Below, piece by piece: positions 1 to 17,246 of a DNA stretch of 64,000 bases. Every line of letters begins with the position of its first letter. The stretch's first letter is position 1. Position numbers and translations under genes: made by a program. Below the pieces are notes generated by a model. That model was given only the letters and a program-made list of their open reading frames with translations, had not been told where the DNA came from and searched no databases. The stretch is from the human T2T-CHM13v2.0 reference genome, Homo sapiens, in the NCBI RefSeq assembly GCF_009914755.1, contig NC_060932.1. One strand, given 5' to 3'.

Positions 1-277
1 GCACCAGCATTACTTCTGATGAGGACCTCAGGAAGCTTCCAGTCATGGCAGAAGGCAAAAAGGAGGCGGCATATCACATGGAGAAAGAAGGAGCAAGAGA
101 AGGAGAGGAGGGGGAGGTCCTAGATCTCCTGTGAACTCATTACTGGAGGGAGGGCAGCAAGCCATTAATGTGGGATCGGCCCCCATGATTCAGCACTTCC
201 CACCAGGCCCCATCTCCAACATTAGGGATCACATTTCAACATGATATTTGGAGGGGACAAACGTCCAACCTATATCA
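1..277 (-). mobile_element. MST-family MaLR LTR (partial, cut by window edge)
   Basis: cacttcccaccaggccccatctccaacattagggatcacatttcaacatga...tatatca is the reverse complement of the MST LTR 5' end. Confidence 0.8.
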
Positions 278-404
278 TTGCCACATTTGCTCTACCATTT
301 TCTCTTCTGTCTGTCCCTCTGTGTGCATGCACACACATGTATATGTATGTACATATATAAACATATATATGTCATGCAAATATAAACACATATATGTGTG
401 TAAA

Positions 405-785
405 ATTTTTTCTGAGCTATTCGAGAATAGGTTGAATACACCATGCCCATTTACCCTTTAATAATTCAGTGTGTATTTCTAAGGAACAAGGTTATTCTCT
501 ATTGGAACAGTCGTGTAGTTATCAAACTCAGGGCATTCGCACTGACACAAGACCTTTATCTGATTTACAGTCCACATTCTATGTTGTCAATTGTCTGGCC
601 CTTCCTTACAACATCTTTTGCCTTTCAAACAGGGTCCAGCCCAGGACCATGTGTTGCATTTCATCTTCATGTCTCTTTCGTTTTCGTCAGTCTGGAATAG
701 GTTTATTTCTCTTTCATTACATTGACATTTTGGAGAACACCAGCCAGTCGTTTTATAGAGTGACTCTCAAGATGGATTTGTCTGG
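405..785 (-). mobile_element. Old L1 (L1MC4/5-like) 3' fragment
   Basis: Motifs ccaggaccatgtgttgcatt and ttttatagagtgactctcaagatggatttgtctg resemble the L1MC 3' UTR in antisense. Confidence 0.55.
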
Positions 786-959
786 CCCTGCTAATTTTAA
801 TAAGTAGGTGATAATAAGCACCCTCCAGGACAAAGTGGAGATATTTCTGGCAGCCTGAGGAGCACAAGGCTGAGAGAACAAGAGGGAGCTTGTCACAGAT
901 GAGGAAATGAACAAGGCTCCGTGTGACCTCCTCACCACTTGTGGAATTGAAGGGCTGAG

Positions 960-2300
960 GGAGAAGCCAACAGTGAGACCAGGCAGGCCAGCCAGGGTCA
1001 GGTGCTGAAGGGTTTAGACCGTGAACTTGATTCTGAAAGCATTGGGGATCACTGGGGAATTTCAGTCAAGGACATAATAATGTTTGTTTCTGAGAAAGAC
1101 AATGTCTTAAAGATAATTTAGTGACGATCTGAGAGCACAGCAGAGTGAGTAAGAATTCTGTTAAAATTATTGTGATGTGGACTGCAGGAAGACTTGGGGT
1201 GAAAAGATGCAACATATTGGGATAAATGTTGTAGAAAATAGAACGACTTGGTGACTTGGTATACAGAGTGAAGAACAGGAAGGGCCAGGGTGACAGCTGG
1301 AATTCTGTTGTGTGCGCTGAATGTCAGGTGCCTGATCCTCTAAGGCTGGAGGTGGGATATAGGGAAAGCAGCTCTGAGTCAGAAGAGGCTGAACACTGTT
1401 TTGGACATGGTACATTCGAGGTCTCTGTGGGACATCCAAGGGTTGCTGTGTTCCAGGACCTGAGGAGGGAGATTTGTACCGGAGATACAGATTTAGATGT
1501 CACCAACTCACACTCACTGAAACCATGGGCTGGAGGAGTTCCCCAGGAGAGGGAGGCCTTCTGGGAGGGGAGGGAGCATGACTAAGGACACAAGACTGTC
1601 TGGAGGTGTCAAAGCCCCCGCTGTAGGTGGAGAACCACGAATTCATGGATACCAAGAGCTGATAGGACAACTCTTCCAGCAGCACATTATTGTTCAGGCA
1701 TGTGAAAGGTGAAGCAGGTGGTTCAGTCGAACCAGGGGTGCAGGAAAGGCATTGACATTATTGATAAGGGAGTCACTGAAATGATGGATGACAGACTCTA
1801 TGCTGTGTGTTGAAGGAGGGAAAGATAGATGAGCCTGAAAGATGAGTGTTGGGACCTGGAAGTCTCCATGGGTTAAATGACAGATGTAGGAGCTGAATCT
1901 GAGTGAAAATGAAGGCATTATAAACAGCAGGTGGAAATCAGAAATGGGAATGTTTGCGGCTTCAGAATTTCTTAAGTTTATTTCTGGGTGATGACTAGTT
2001 CAGGGACAGTTGACAGACAGGAGCTGAGGTGGAGTGAAGGTGGGAGTCCTCGAGGGCAAGGAGATAGAGTGGGCAGGCATCTAAGCCTCAGATGCATTGT
2101 CCTCATGGGCATGAAAGCATCTGGATGGAGATGGGTCGTGGAATGGAAAGTGAGTCTATGGGCACTGAGGCTGCAGTGGAGGATGGAAATGAGGGTAGAC
2201 AGAGGGCTTACACAAGGGGGAGGAGCAAGCATGCGGAAATAGCCCTAAAGGGAGAGAGTCTGCTGGCCACCTTCAGGGCAGCTTTACTAAATGTGGGGGA
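960..2300 (-). mobile_element. L2 LINE fragments
   Basis: ttttggacatggtacattcgaggtctctgtgggacatccaag...ggagatacagatttag is a typical antisense L2 signature; boundaries approximate. Confidence 0.65.
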
Positions 2301-2560
2301 ATAAGGTGCTTCCATCGTGGGGATGCAAGACAAGAGTCAGGCAGGATGATCGCCCCAACAAAGGTGAAGCCATCATTGGAGAAGAACATCTGGAGAACTG
2401 GGTTTTCAGAAGGCAGCTTTTGGTCTGGAAAGGAAGGAACAATGAAGGCTCTACACTATAAGGCTAAGAGTAAAGGAGGATTATATTTTAATTTAAGAAT
2501 AATAGTGATGAAATGAGGTCCAAACTGGTGTTTCTCACTGTTCTCATCAGACACTTTATT

Positions 2561-6466
<3,906 letters not shown>

Positions 6467-6694
6467 CAGACACTTTATTACCAGAGGCAGAAATGATAAG
6501 CTTCATCATAACAGAAAAGAGATAATAACAATAAGATTATTAAACACTTGAAGAAAATAACTGAATTCAAAAATACTTATTTATATTAATGTAAGACTAT
6601 GAAACAGATTACAATCAGAAATGATGGGAGAGAGAGGCACCCAGATTGGGCTCAGCCAGTGGCGATGGGACTACAGGGGAAAGGTCTAGAACCC

Positions 6695-6887
6695 ACTGTT
6701 CTGTATAGCAGCCACTGGCCTTACATAGCTATACAAACTTACATTTTAATTAATGATCATTAAAATTCAATTCCTTGCAACACTACATGCCAAAGATTCA
6801 ATAGCCACAGGTGGATGTGGCTACTATATTGGGCAGGTCCAATACCAGACATCTCTGTCATTACAGAAAGTGCTGATGGCGTTGTGC
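6695..6887 (-). mobile_element. MER3-like hAT-Charlie DNA transposon
   Basis: ttcaatagccacaggtggatgtggctactatattgggcag...acatctctgtcattacagaaag matches MER3 in antisense. Confidence 0.7.
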
Positions 6888-7074
6888 CAGCAGGGGAATC
6901 TCATATGTGGCAGGGTGGGCCCCAGTTCTCCTGGAGTGAGTATTCCTGGACACCTGATTGCTCTAGGGACCCAGAGAAAGGAGGGGGTCACCGGAAGGCT
7001 ACAGAGAGACTTCTCATCTCTTACTCCCAAATTAGCCTAAAAAGGTCAAGCTTTTCTGCTTGTTAGAGTGAAGC

Positions 7075-7277
7075 AAATACTGGACTGGAAGGCAGAAGAT
7101 TCAGTCAAGTTCATACGTGCCTTGAGTATGTCACTTAGCATGTCTGATTTTTAGACTTTATCTATGTAAATTGGGCATAATAATATTAATACTTCACAAT
7201 GGCAATGAGGATTAAATTTGACATATTTTATAAAATTACTGATTAGCTTAACAAACACAGCACTGTATAAATATTAG
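7075..7277 (+). mobile_element. MIR SINE
   Basis: Core-like tatctatgtaaattgggcataataata...gaggattaaat. Confidence 0.65.
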
Positions 7278-7979
7278 GACTGATGCTGGTGATGTTGGGG
7301 AAATTAGCCTAATGAGGTTCTAGCAGTTCTCATTCCCAACCCACCAAGCTCAATGCCCTTCCAATCACTGAAGGAAAAATATATGACTTGTATATTGATC
7401 CATGAAATGATCTTACCATTGCCCCTCAATAAAAATAAAACTCTTTCCTACCCCCAATTAGATATCAAAAGCTTTAAATTCTTAATTTTAATGGTAGATG
7501 TACCATGTAAGTAAAAATTAGTTTCAGTGTATTCAACCAAGAAATGTAGGTAAATTGTTTAGTTTTCTCTCTTCTGATTAAGAGAAACTAACAAAAGGGG
7601 CTGAAGGGATCAGGTGAAAGATAAGATTTAGATGATGCTTGGAGAAGGCAAATTTTACAAACCACAATTTTGTTTAAAGTGGGGTGTATTTACCTGCTCC
7701 TAAACAGAGATGAAAAAAACTGTGCATTTTTGTCCAAAAGCTGTGCATGTGGGCCGATAAACTGAACATGGTTTATAAACATTGAAATGGGTGGTAGGCT
7801 GTTTTCATTTAAGGAAATGCTTATTGAAGCTTCATTGTACTTTGCTATTTAGCATCTCCTGCAGGTAGCTATCCAGCTTTCAAGTACAGAGACACAGCAA
7901 AAAAGGTCAATGTAACTAAGACTAAGAAAAGCAGCTCCTAAAACAGTACAAAAAGGGTCCATATGGAATCATGACATGG

Positions 7980-8327
7980 TGATTTGTCCATTTTCATGCT
8001 GCTGATAAAGTATACCTGAGACTGGACAATGTACGAAAGAAAGAGATTTAATTAGACTTACAGTTCCATGTGGCTGGGGAAGCCTCACTATCATGGCGGA
8101 AGGCAAGGAGGAACAAGTCACATCACATGGATGGCAGCAGGAAATAAAGAGCTTGTGCAAGAAAACTCCCACTTATAGTAGCCATCAGATCTCATGAGAT
8201 TTACTCACTATCATGAGAACAACATAAAGACCTGCCCCCATTATTCAGTTACCTCCCACCAGGTCCCTCACACAGCACGTGGGAATTCAAGATGAGATTT
8301 GGGTGGGGACGCAGCCTGACCTTATCA
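7980..8327 (-). mobile_element. THE1 MaLR solo LTR
   Basis: TG...CA termini, 5-bp TSD catgg on both sides, THE1 motifs ccatcagatctcatgaga and gatgagatttgggtggggac. Confidence 0.9.
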
Positions 8328-8944
8328 CATGGTATAAAAGGTAATGGATTCATATAAGTGCTCAACTGATTTTTGGCAAAGGTACAAAGGCAATTCAATG
8401 ACAGAAAGATAGCCTTGGAGATGGAGCAATTGGTGGTAAGATGGATTTCCATATGCAAAATCCAAATTCTCTTGAATTACTATTTAAGGTGTGAGAGCAA
8501 TTGGACATCCATATGCAGAAAAAAAAAAAAAGAGCCTCAACCTAAGCCTCACACCTATACACAAATTAGATCAATACAGATCACAGACTTAAATGTACAT
8601 TTTAAACCTATACACTTTTAGAAAAAAAAATAGGAGAAAATATTTGAGACCTAGGACTAGGCAATGAGTTCTTAGATTTGACACCAAAAGCATGATTCAG
8701 AAAAGGAAAATTGATAAATTGGACTACATCAAAATTAAAAACATTTGCTCTGTGGAAGACTCTGCTAAGGGGATGAAAAGACATGCTGCGGACTGCGAGA
8801 AAATATTTGCAGACCAGATACCCAACAAAGGACTAGTTCCTAGAAGTTACAAAGAACTCCCAAACTCAACAGTCAAAAAACAAACAACCTAAGTACAAAT
8901 TGGGCAAAAGACAAGAAGAAACATTTTACTAAACAGCATATACA

Positions 8945-9332
<388 letters not shown>

Positions 9333-9509
9333 TCAACATACACCTATCAAAATGGCTAAAATTAAGAACAGTGACAGCAGCAGTTGCTGGCAAGGATGTG
9401 AAGAATCCAGATCACTTATACATTGCTGGTGGGAATGGAGAATGGTAGAGCCACTCTAGCAAACAGCTTGGTAGTTTGTTATAAAACTAAACTAAATACA
9501 GTTATCATA

Positions 9510-10204
<695 letters not shown>

Positions 10205-10348
10205 CCATACAATCTAACAATCTGAATCTTGAGTATTTATATCAGAAAAATGAAAATTTGTGTTCATATAAAATCCTGTACCTGAATGTTCATAGTGGCT
10301 TTATTTGAAATAATCCAGAAACTGGAATCAGCCCAGACATCCTTCAAC

Positions 10349-10787
10349 AGGTGAATAATGCCCCTCTCAAAGATGTCCACATCATGATCCCTGGAACGTG
10401 TGAATATGCTATAGTATATGGCAATGGCAAATTAAAGTTGCATGGAATTAAGATTGCTTATCAGCTGTCCTGGAAATGGAGAGATTCTCCTGGATTTTCT
10501 GAGTGGTACCAGTGGAAGCTGAAGAGAGGAGGTTGGAATGTTGCAAGTTCAGAAAAGGCCTACCCTGTTTTTGCTGGTTTTAAAGAGGGAGGAAGAGGCC
10601 ATAAGCCAAGGAATGCAGCAGCCTCTGGAAGCTGGAAAGGGCAAGGGAATGGATTCCTCCCTAGAGCCTCCAGGAAGAAACACAGCCCTGCCAACTCCTT
10701 CATTTTCACCCAGTGACACCAACACAAAAAGTTGTAAGTCACTTAGTGTGTGGAAATTCATTACAGCAGCAATCAAAAACTAATACA
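10349..10787 (+). mobile_element. MLT1D-like MaLR LTR
   Basis: caaagatgtccacatc...agccaaggaatgcagcagcctctggaagctggaaa...aaactaataca. Confidence 0.85.
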
Positions 10788-11849
10788 CATACCATGGCAC
10801 ACTACTTAGCAATAGAAAAAGCACCAACACTCACAACAGATTGGATGAATCTCCAGAGAATTATACTGGGTGAAAAAACCCAGCCCTGAAAGATTACATA
10901 CTATTTGATTCCACTTAAATCTCATATTTAATATGACAACATTTCAGAAATGGAGGAAAGATTTAGGGGTTGCAAAGAGTTTAGAATGGGAATGGAAGAG
11001 AAAGTGTGAGAGGGAATAGATGTCATTATAAAAGGGCAATATGGTATTTGTAGTAATGGAACTTTTCAGTATCTTGACTATAGTGGTGTATACGTGAACA
11101 TAAATGTGTGATAAAATTGTATAGAATTTAATACACACAAGCACACAAATAAGTACAAGTGAAATGAGAGAAATATAAGTAAGATTGGTGGAGTGTTATC
11201 ATGTCAATACTCTAGTTGAGATATTATATTATAGTTTTGCAAAATGTTACCATTAGGGAAAATAAGGCAAAGTGTACAAGAGATCTCTGTATCACTTCTT
11301 GCAGCTGCATGTGAATCAACAATTATCTCAGTACAATTTTTAATAAAGAATATTGTAGGAAATTGTTATCTTGCTGCTTATTATAGCCACGACTATGGAT
11401 TGCCTTAGTTAAAACCTAGAATGTAGGGACAAAGCTATCTAATTCGCTTGGTACACTAGCTCCCTTGCCATCATTTGCTGCTAATCATTTAGAGGCTTTT
11501 CATTAATGATGATGATATGTCTGAATGCGCCTTATAGCAGAGAATGTTAACCTATTTATGAGGATCCTTAATTCAGGGGGTCCTTCATTCATCTGGAAAC
11601 TCTAGTCAATATTTGTGTGTGCATGTGTGTCTGTGTGTGTGTGTGCATGTTTTTGAAGAAAACATGTATAACTTTCTAAAGGGCTCCATTACCCCCTCTA
11701 AAAAAAGAAGAAAAAGAAAAACACCAAGAGCCAAACTCCTTAGAAACACACTAAGTGTGAACTTAAAAATATATTTCTTTGGAGTGATTTAAAATAATGC
11801 TATGCACAACTGCGTCAATATTTTTAAATCGGAGAAAATATGCATGGTC

Positions 11850-12056
11850 TTTGGTAGAATGGGCTCCGGGGTCAGACTTCCAAGTGCGTGACCTTCAGCA
11901 AAGTCCTTATCCTTTCTAAGCCCCAGTTTTCTCATCTATAAAATGGGAAAAATAATACTTCCTATTTTATAGAACATTGTGAGTTTCAAATGAAACAATG
12001 TATATGTCATTTAGCATAGCACCTGACACGTGATAAGCACTCCATAAATATTAGCT
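11850..12056 (+). mobile_element. MIR SINE
   Basis: cagttttctcatctataaaatggg core and gcacctgacacgtgataagcactc. Confidence 0.8.
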
Positions 12057-12324
12057 TATTTCTGTTTACTATTGTGTTTAAAATGGGAAGATCTAAAGAT
12101 TCAAATTATTCTTTTCAAAGTATCTTTTCAATATAATGGAATAAATGGCATATAATTTTGTAGAAGGGGCACTGGTGTTAGTAGACTTGTTCTGCCATTG
12201 GTTCCCTGAGTAAGTTTGGACAAGTCACACTCTCTCTGAGCCTCCACCATAACATAAGAGGGCTAAAAGTTTGGGTGTAAAAAGACGCTTGAATTAACTC
12301 AACAGACATTTATGGGAGTTCTTT

Positions 12325-12800
12325 ATATGGTTTTCAGGTTGAGTTCCTCAGAAGCTGACCCTGAGTGGGAGATTTGTGAGAAAAGGTTTATTCCGGAATG
12401 CTCAGGAAAAACTTGGAGGAATAAAGAAGTGGGACAGGAAGGGGAAGAAAGGAAAGCAAAGACCCACAGAGGGTGTTATAGGGTCAATCCTTCAGAAAGC
12501 TCTAGAGAGACCACTAAGTCACCCTCAGCATCATCTCCACCTGGGAACTAGGGTGCTTATATCCCCACTGCAGCTGGTTATTATTTAAGGGCAGTCCACA
12601 CTCGCATGAATTCCCAGGCACTACCTGCTCCATGTGTGAGCCAGCTGAGCAAATTCCAGCTGCCTGAGGGCAGCCTTCTGGCAAAGAGTTGCAACAGTTG
12701 GCATTTTGGGAGTGAAAGCCCACAGGGAGCTCATGTGCCTCGAATTGGTAAAGGGACCCAAGGGAAAACCAGCAGAGCAATGACAGCATATGCAAGCTCT
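12325..12800. mobile_element. LTR16-like ERVL LTR
   Basis: ctgagtgggagatttgtgagaaaaggtttatt...gggacaggaagggga resembles LTR16 and the copy at 42.7 kb. Confidence 0.5.
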
Positions 12801-13409
12801 CAGAGCCTTCCTCTGCCTTCATGGATGACACTCACAGTGTCATGGGGAAACACATGAGCAGCCACACAATTGCTAAAGAACTCCCAGGAGAGGGCCTCAG
12901 TTCAGCCTGGAGTGTCAGAGAGGGGCTCAGAGGGCCCCCAGGAGCAAATGAAGACAGAGAAATAATTAGTCAAGCAAAATAGGGAAGTGGTGAGAGGGTC
13001 CAGCCAGCTGAAGAGAGCATGATACTCAAGGAATTAAAATAAGCCCAGTGTAACCAGATCAAAGGAGCGGGGCAGCTGGAGATGTGGCTAGAAGGTGAGG
13101 GGAACCCAGATCATGCAGTGAATCAGGTGAGTTAATTTGTAGGCTCTTAGGGTCTAACACAGTTTGTTACAGACAAGTATCATAGCTAAGAAAAGGGTAC
13201 AAATTTCTTAATATACAATGGAAATGATAGCCTAGTTTCCTATTAGCATCCCCAGGTTATAGAGAAAAAAGTCATTGGGGACATATCATCATTTTTAAAG
13301 AATTGAAGTTGGGTAGATTTAAAATTCTTTTTATTTCCTTTGCATGCTGGAAGGTAAAAGAAAAGTCATATAGAACCTAAAATAACTGAAACTGTCTCTG
13401 TAATTTAGC

Positions 13410-13449
13410 AAAAAAAAAAAAAAAAAGAAAAGAAAAAGAAAAGAAAAAA
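13410..13449 (+). repeat. Poly(A)/A-rich tract
   Basis: Long A run followed by (GAAAA)-like units. Confidence 0.85.
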
Positions 13450-16299
13450 CTAAACACAAGAAGAGCTTCTGCAGTTGATTATGTCAATAAAACCCTGGCT
13501 TCTCCTTGGTCTGCAGTCCAGAGTCATCTACCAGCTACTGAATTAAAAATTAAATCAGTAGATTCTGGTTAAATTTGCTCTGAAACAGCCTGTTCTAGCA
13601 CCATTTAATTTCATGGTCAAATGAGGATAATTATTCTAAAAAGCTTCCAGCCATGAGGTTCTTGTGATTTTTTAGTTAAAAATGTGGCCACTTTGAACCC
13701 TGTTCTGTGATTTTTAGATGTGGATACAATGAAGTTTTTGCCTTTATTCACTCTGACTCTGTTTTTTTTTTTAATGAGAAAAATCAGCACTTTCCATCTG
13801 AAAATAGGAGATTAGACCAGGATATTTCTATCAATAGAGGTTACTAAACCATTTCCTCAAGTTAATAAAATATAATAACAAAAATTCATAGTTGCCAACT
13901 TATAATGACACCTTTGTCTTTTTCAAGGTTCATGGAATGAGAACTTTAAGTAATGAATTTGATATTTGTTTCCTTTATTTATATAGCCAATTACAAAGGC
14001 AGAATAAGAAGGCATATTTAAGAAGTTGATACAAACCCCACACTATGGTTATTTTTGCCACCTCGGAGATTCTTATCCTGGGATCCCAATTTAGCACTTT
14101 TGGTGAGATTTAAACAATAAGTCTCTAAATAGTCAAAACTGCAGGCACTTTAGGGAATGATCATTGGAATTTAGCATGAATACCAAAATTCTTTATGTTG
14201 GAATGTCGGTAGAACAATAGTCCATCATTGATGTAATTAACGCCCATCAAGATCTTATTTAGAAGTATTCTCTTTTCATGAATTTTATGAGCATCTATTT
14301 TATTTGATGGTATTCTTTTCCTCTTTTGGGTTTAATTTAAATTTTTCTCATAAAACTGTCTCTAATCACTAGAATCCAAAGACAGCTATATAATCTAAGA
14401 CCCTTTCTATCATCTTCTATTCATAGATGGCGTCAAGACAAGGAGAAAGAGACTGGACCCAGGTTGTTGTGGATCTTAGATGTGGACTCTGTCTCCTCCC
14501 TAGGATAGTTCTGAACTAGATTCTTTAAACAAGACAAAACATTTGATTAGTTTTTTCTTAAGGAACTTCATATGACACAGTTGTTTGGTTACATTATTCT
14601 GCTTCCTTTCTCTGGTTTTATAGCATTTTAATTGCTGTTTTAATCCTGTGTTTTATATAAAGCATCTATAATTCCCTTGGTGGATAGAAACCATAGAAGT
14701 AAAAAGTGTTATTATTATGCATTTCCCAGTCTGTTAGTGCTTTGATAGATTCCCTAATTCACTCTTCAAAAAAAAATTGCTATATACATTGTGTTCTTTT
14801 TACAACATTACTATCATGAGTAGGAGGAATATTTTAGGGTAGGATAAACAGTAATTGGCAAGGAGCTATAACATTGATTTGTACAAGCTTCATGTCCAAT
14901 CCATTCTGAGGATGCTATTAGAGTAATGGGTGAAATGAAGGGAGTGCTGATTTGCTAAATTTACTTCGGGAAAAGATCAAAGTGGTGCTAGGGCTTTGGA
15001 GGCACTGCCCCTGGCAGTTTCCTGAGGTGCACTCTGGCCCTTGTGGAAGAAAGAGCACAAGTTACCCAGCGGCAGCATGCATGGTCTTTGGCCAAAAGAG
15101 GCCCAAGATGCTGAGAGAGAGAGCAGGGTACTCTGGAAGCCACTAGATGGGGGTGTCTACTTGTTCAGTCTGGGCAAATACCCCATCAACCAGCTGGCAT
15201 GAAAGAAATAAAGGTTAAAATGAGGGTAAATTCCATATTCCTCAATGCCATTCTTTTACAGAAAGTGAACTGTGTTGAATGTCAAAAGCAACTTCGAGTC
15301 ACCTGCTGCCTCCAGTGATTTGGCCTGGGAGGATAGCCACTGAGATCTTCTCATGCTGGGGTTTTGGGGGCTCTCGTTTGAAAGCAGCATTCCTCTGGGA
15401 AACCAATGAATACAGAATAACGAATTAGAATGGAGGTGAGGTAATTCACCAAGTTTTTCTGCAGAGTTATGAGTGTTTCTGACCTAGTCATTTAAACCCT
15501 GGACACCCACAGTTTCCTACCTTTTCAACGAACAGACTAATCTTTGTCCATCACAGCTACCAATAATAATGATAACTTATGATTTTATAAGCAATCTCCA
15601 AATGTGATCAGTCCTAAAATAAATGTATCTGAGCAGGAGGAGGGGCAGCAGAAGCAGCTACAATTTCAGGATTCATCCAGCACCAGATGGAAATTCCATC
15701 CTTTGGTTAAAATTCTTCTAAGACCTTGGCTGGCTTGTGAACTTGGCAGACCCAATTATTATAGCAATTAAGATTTTAAAATGTGAGTCAAATTATGAGC
15801 CAAACTCGTGCCAAAAGCTGGCAGACAGACACCCTGAATTTAGGTCAGGGATGTTGTTCCCTGTACCAGTGGTAATTCAATTACATCCCAGCCCCAGGCA
15901 TGCAAGTTCCAACCCCAGGAGACCTGGTAGTCATAATAGGTCTTCTCTGGGCTAAAGAAACCCTGGGATGCCCATTCTGCCTGAGGCCCCCCCATCGCTG
16001 GGGCACCGACCTCAAGGAACAGCAGGAGAGGCCACCATTTGTCCCGACATTCAGCTCCCGGGGAAACCGCCGTGCTGAGACAAACACCTGTGAGGGCCAA
16101 ATCTGCTTTGCTATATTTATTACAAAAAGACTCCTGGAGGACTGGCTGGTATTCTGATAAGAACTTGAAGGAGAAATACTTTTCTTTAAGAGTTAGAATT
16201 TTTTGACCACAATATTTGATTTTTAGCATTAAGTATTCTGAATTTAAACTACTAAAGAGAGAAAGAATGCGTGTGCACATTAGGGCAATTGGTAACAGG

Positions 16300-16405
16300 C
16301 TCCCAAAGTCTGGGAGCTAATCCCACCTCCCCGACCTAACTCTTGTGAGAGTCATTTCACACTCTGAACCTCAATTTTCCCATCCGCAAAATGGTGAGGA
16401 TAAAC
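16300..16405 (+). mobile_element. MIR fragment
   Basis: ctctgaacctcaattttcccatccgcaaaatgg core. Confidence 0.6.
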
Positions 16406-17105
16406 TACATTCAAGAAGGGAAGGCCATTTCTTCTGCAGTGGCAGCTCAGTGTGGAGAAGGCTCTGTGGTTGGAGAGGTCCACATGGAATGTGTATCCAG
16501 AGGGACTGTGTTGGAGCCATGCTGACTGCAAGGACAGGAGTGGAGAGAGGGCAAAAACGCTGTGCATTTGCCGTTCCTAAACTAGGTGATTTCACGGTGT
16601 CATTTTCATTACAAATGATCTTTAAAACTATACATGCATTTCCTGAGTGTTCAAGTGAGAGAGCAGGTCCAGGTTAGAGCAATGTGTCAACTTGATACCT
16701 GAGTGGAATGGGACAGGGAGACCTATTTTAAATGACAGATACTAATTTTATTAGCAGGTAGCTTTAGCACTCATTCATGGACCAGCTGTTGTGTACACAG
16801 CACTATTCTGAGCTGCAAGGACACAGAGATAAGTAAGCCAGGCACTAAATGTCAGGTGTTCGGAGTCCAGCGGTTCCAGGGGAATTTTTGTAAATGCAAT
16901 AAGTGGTTGGGTTTTCCGCCCAGCCTTGGTCAGTGTCCGTGAGGAGCATGTTCTTATTAATATTGCAAAATAAGTAAATAAGATGTGTGGCAGCGCCTAA
17001 CCTGCTCTCTGGAGGACCTTCTGGAGAGGGCTGTTGCTGGCACTCCCACGCTGAGGCTGTGCCATTCCCAGGAGAGACTCAGCACCCATTTGAATGGGAA
17101 TAACT

Positions 17106-17246
17106 TGCCTGTAGTCCTAGCTAATTGGGATGGTGAGGGAGAAGGATTGCTTGGGTCCAGGAGTTCAAGGCCACAGTGAACTATGATCATGCCATTGTAC
17201 TCCAGCCTGAGTGACAGAGCAAGACCCTGTCTCTAAAAACATAAAA
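17106..17246 (+). mobile_element. Alu right monomer (FRAM/AluJo-like), 5'-truncated
   Basis: gcctgtagtcctagct...cagtgaactatgatcatgccattgtactccagcctgagtgacagagcaagaccctgtctc plus A tail. Confidence 0.85.

Noticed and set aside
8423-8520. Repeated gagcaattgg...ccatatgca motifs
   Set aside because: Small local duplication inside the old L1; no functional sign.
16049-16080. ttcagctcccggggaaaccgccgtgctgaga as an RE1 site or hairpin
   Set aside because: Poor match in the right half-site and only a short stem.
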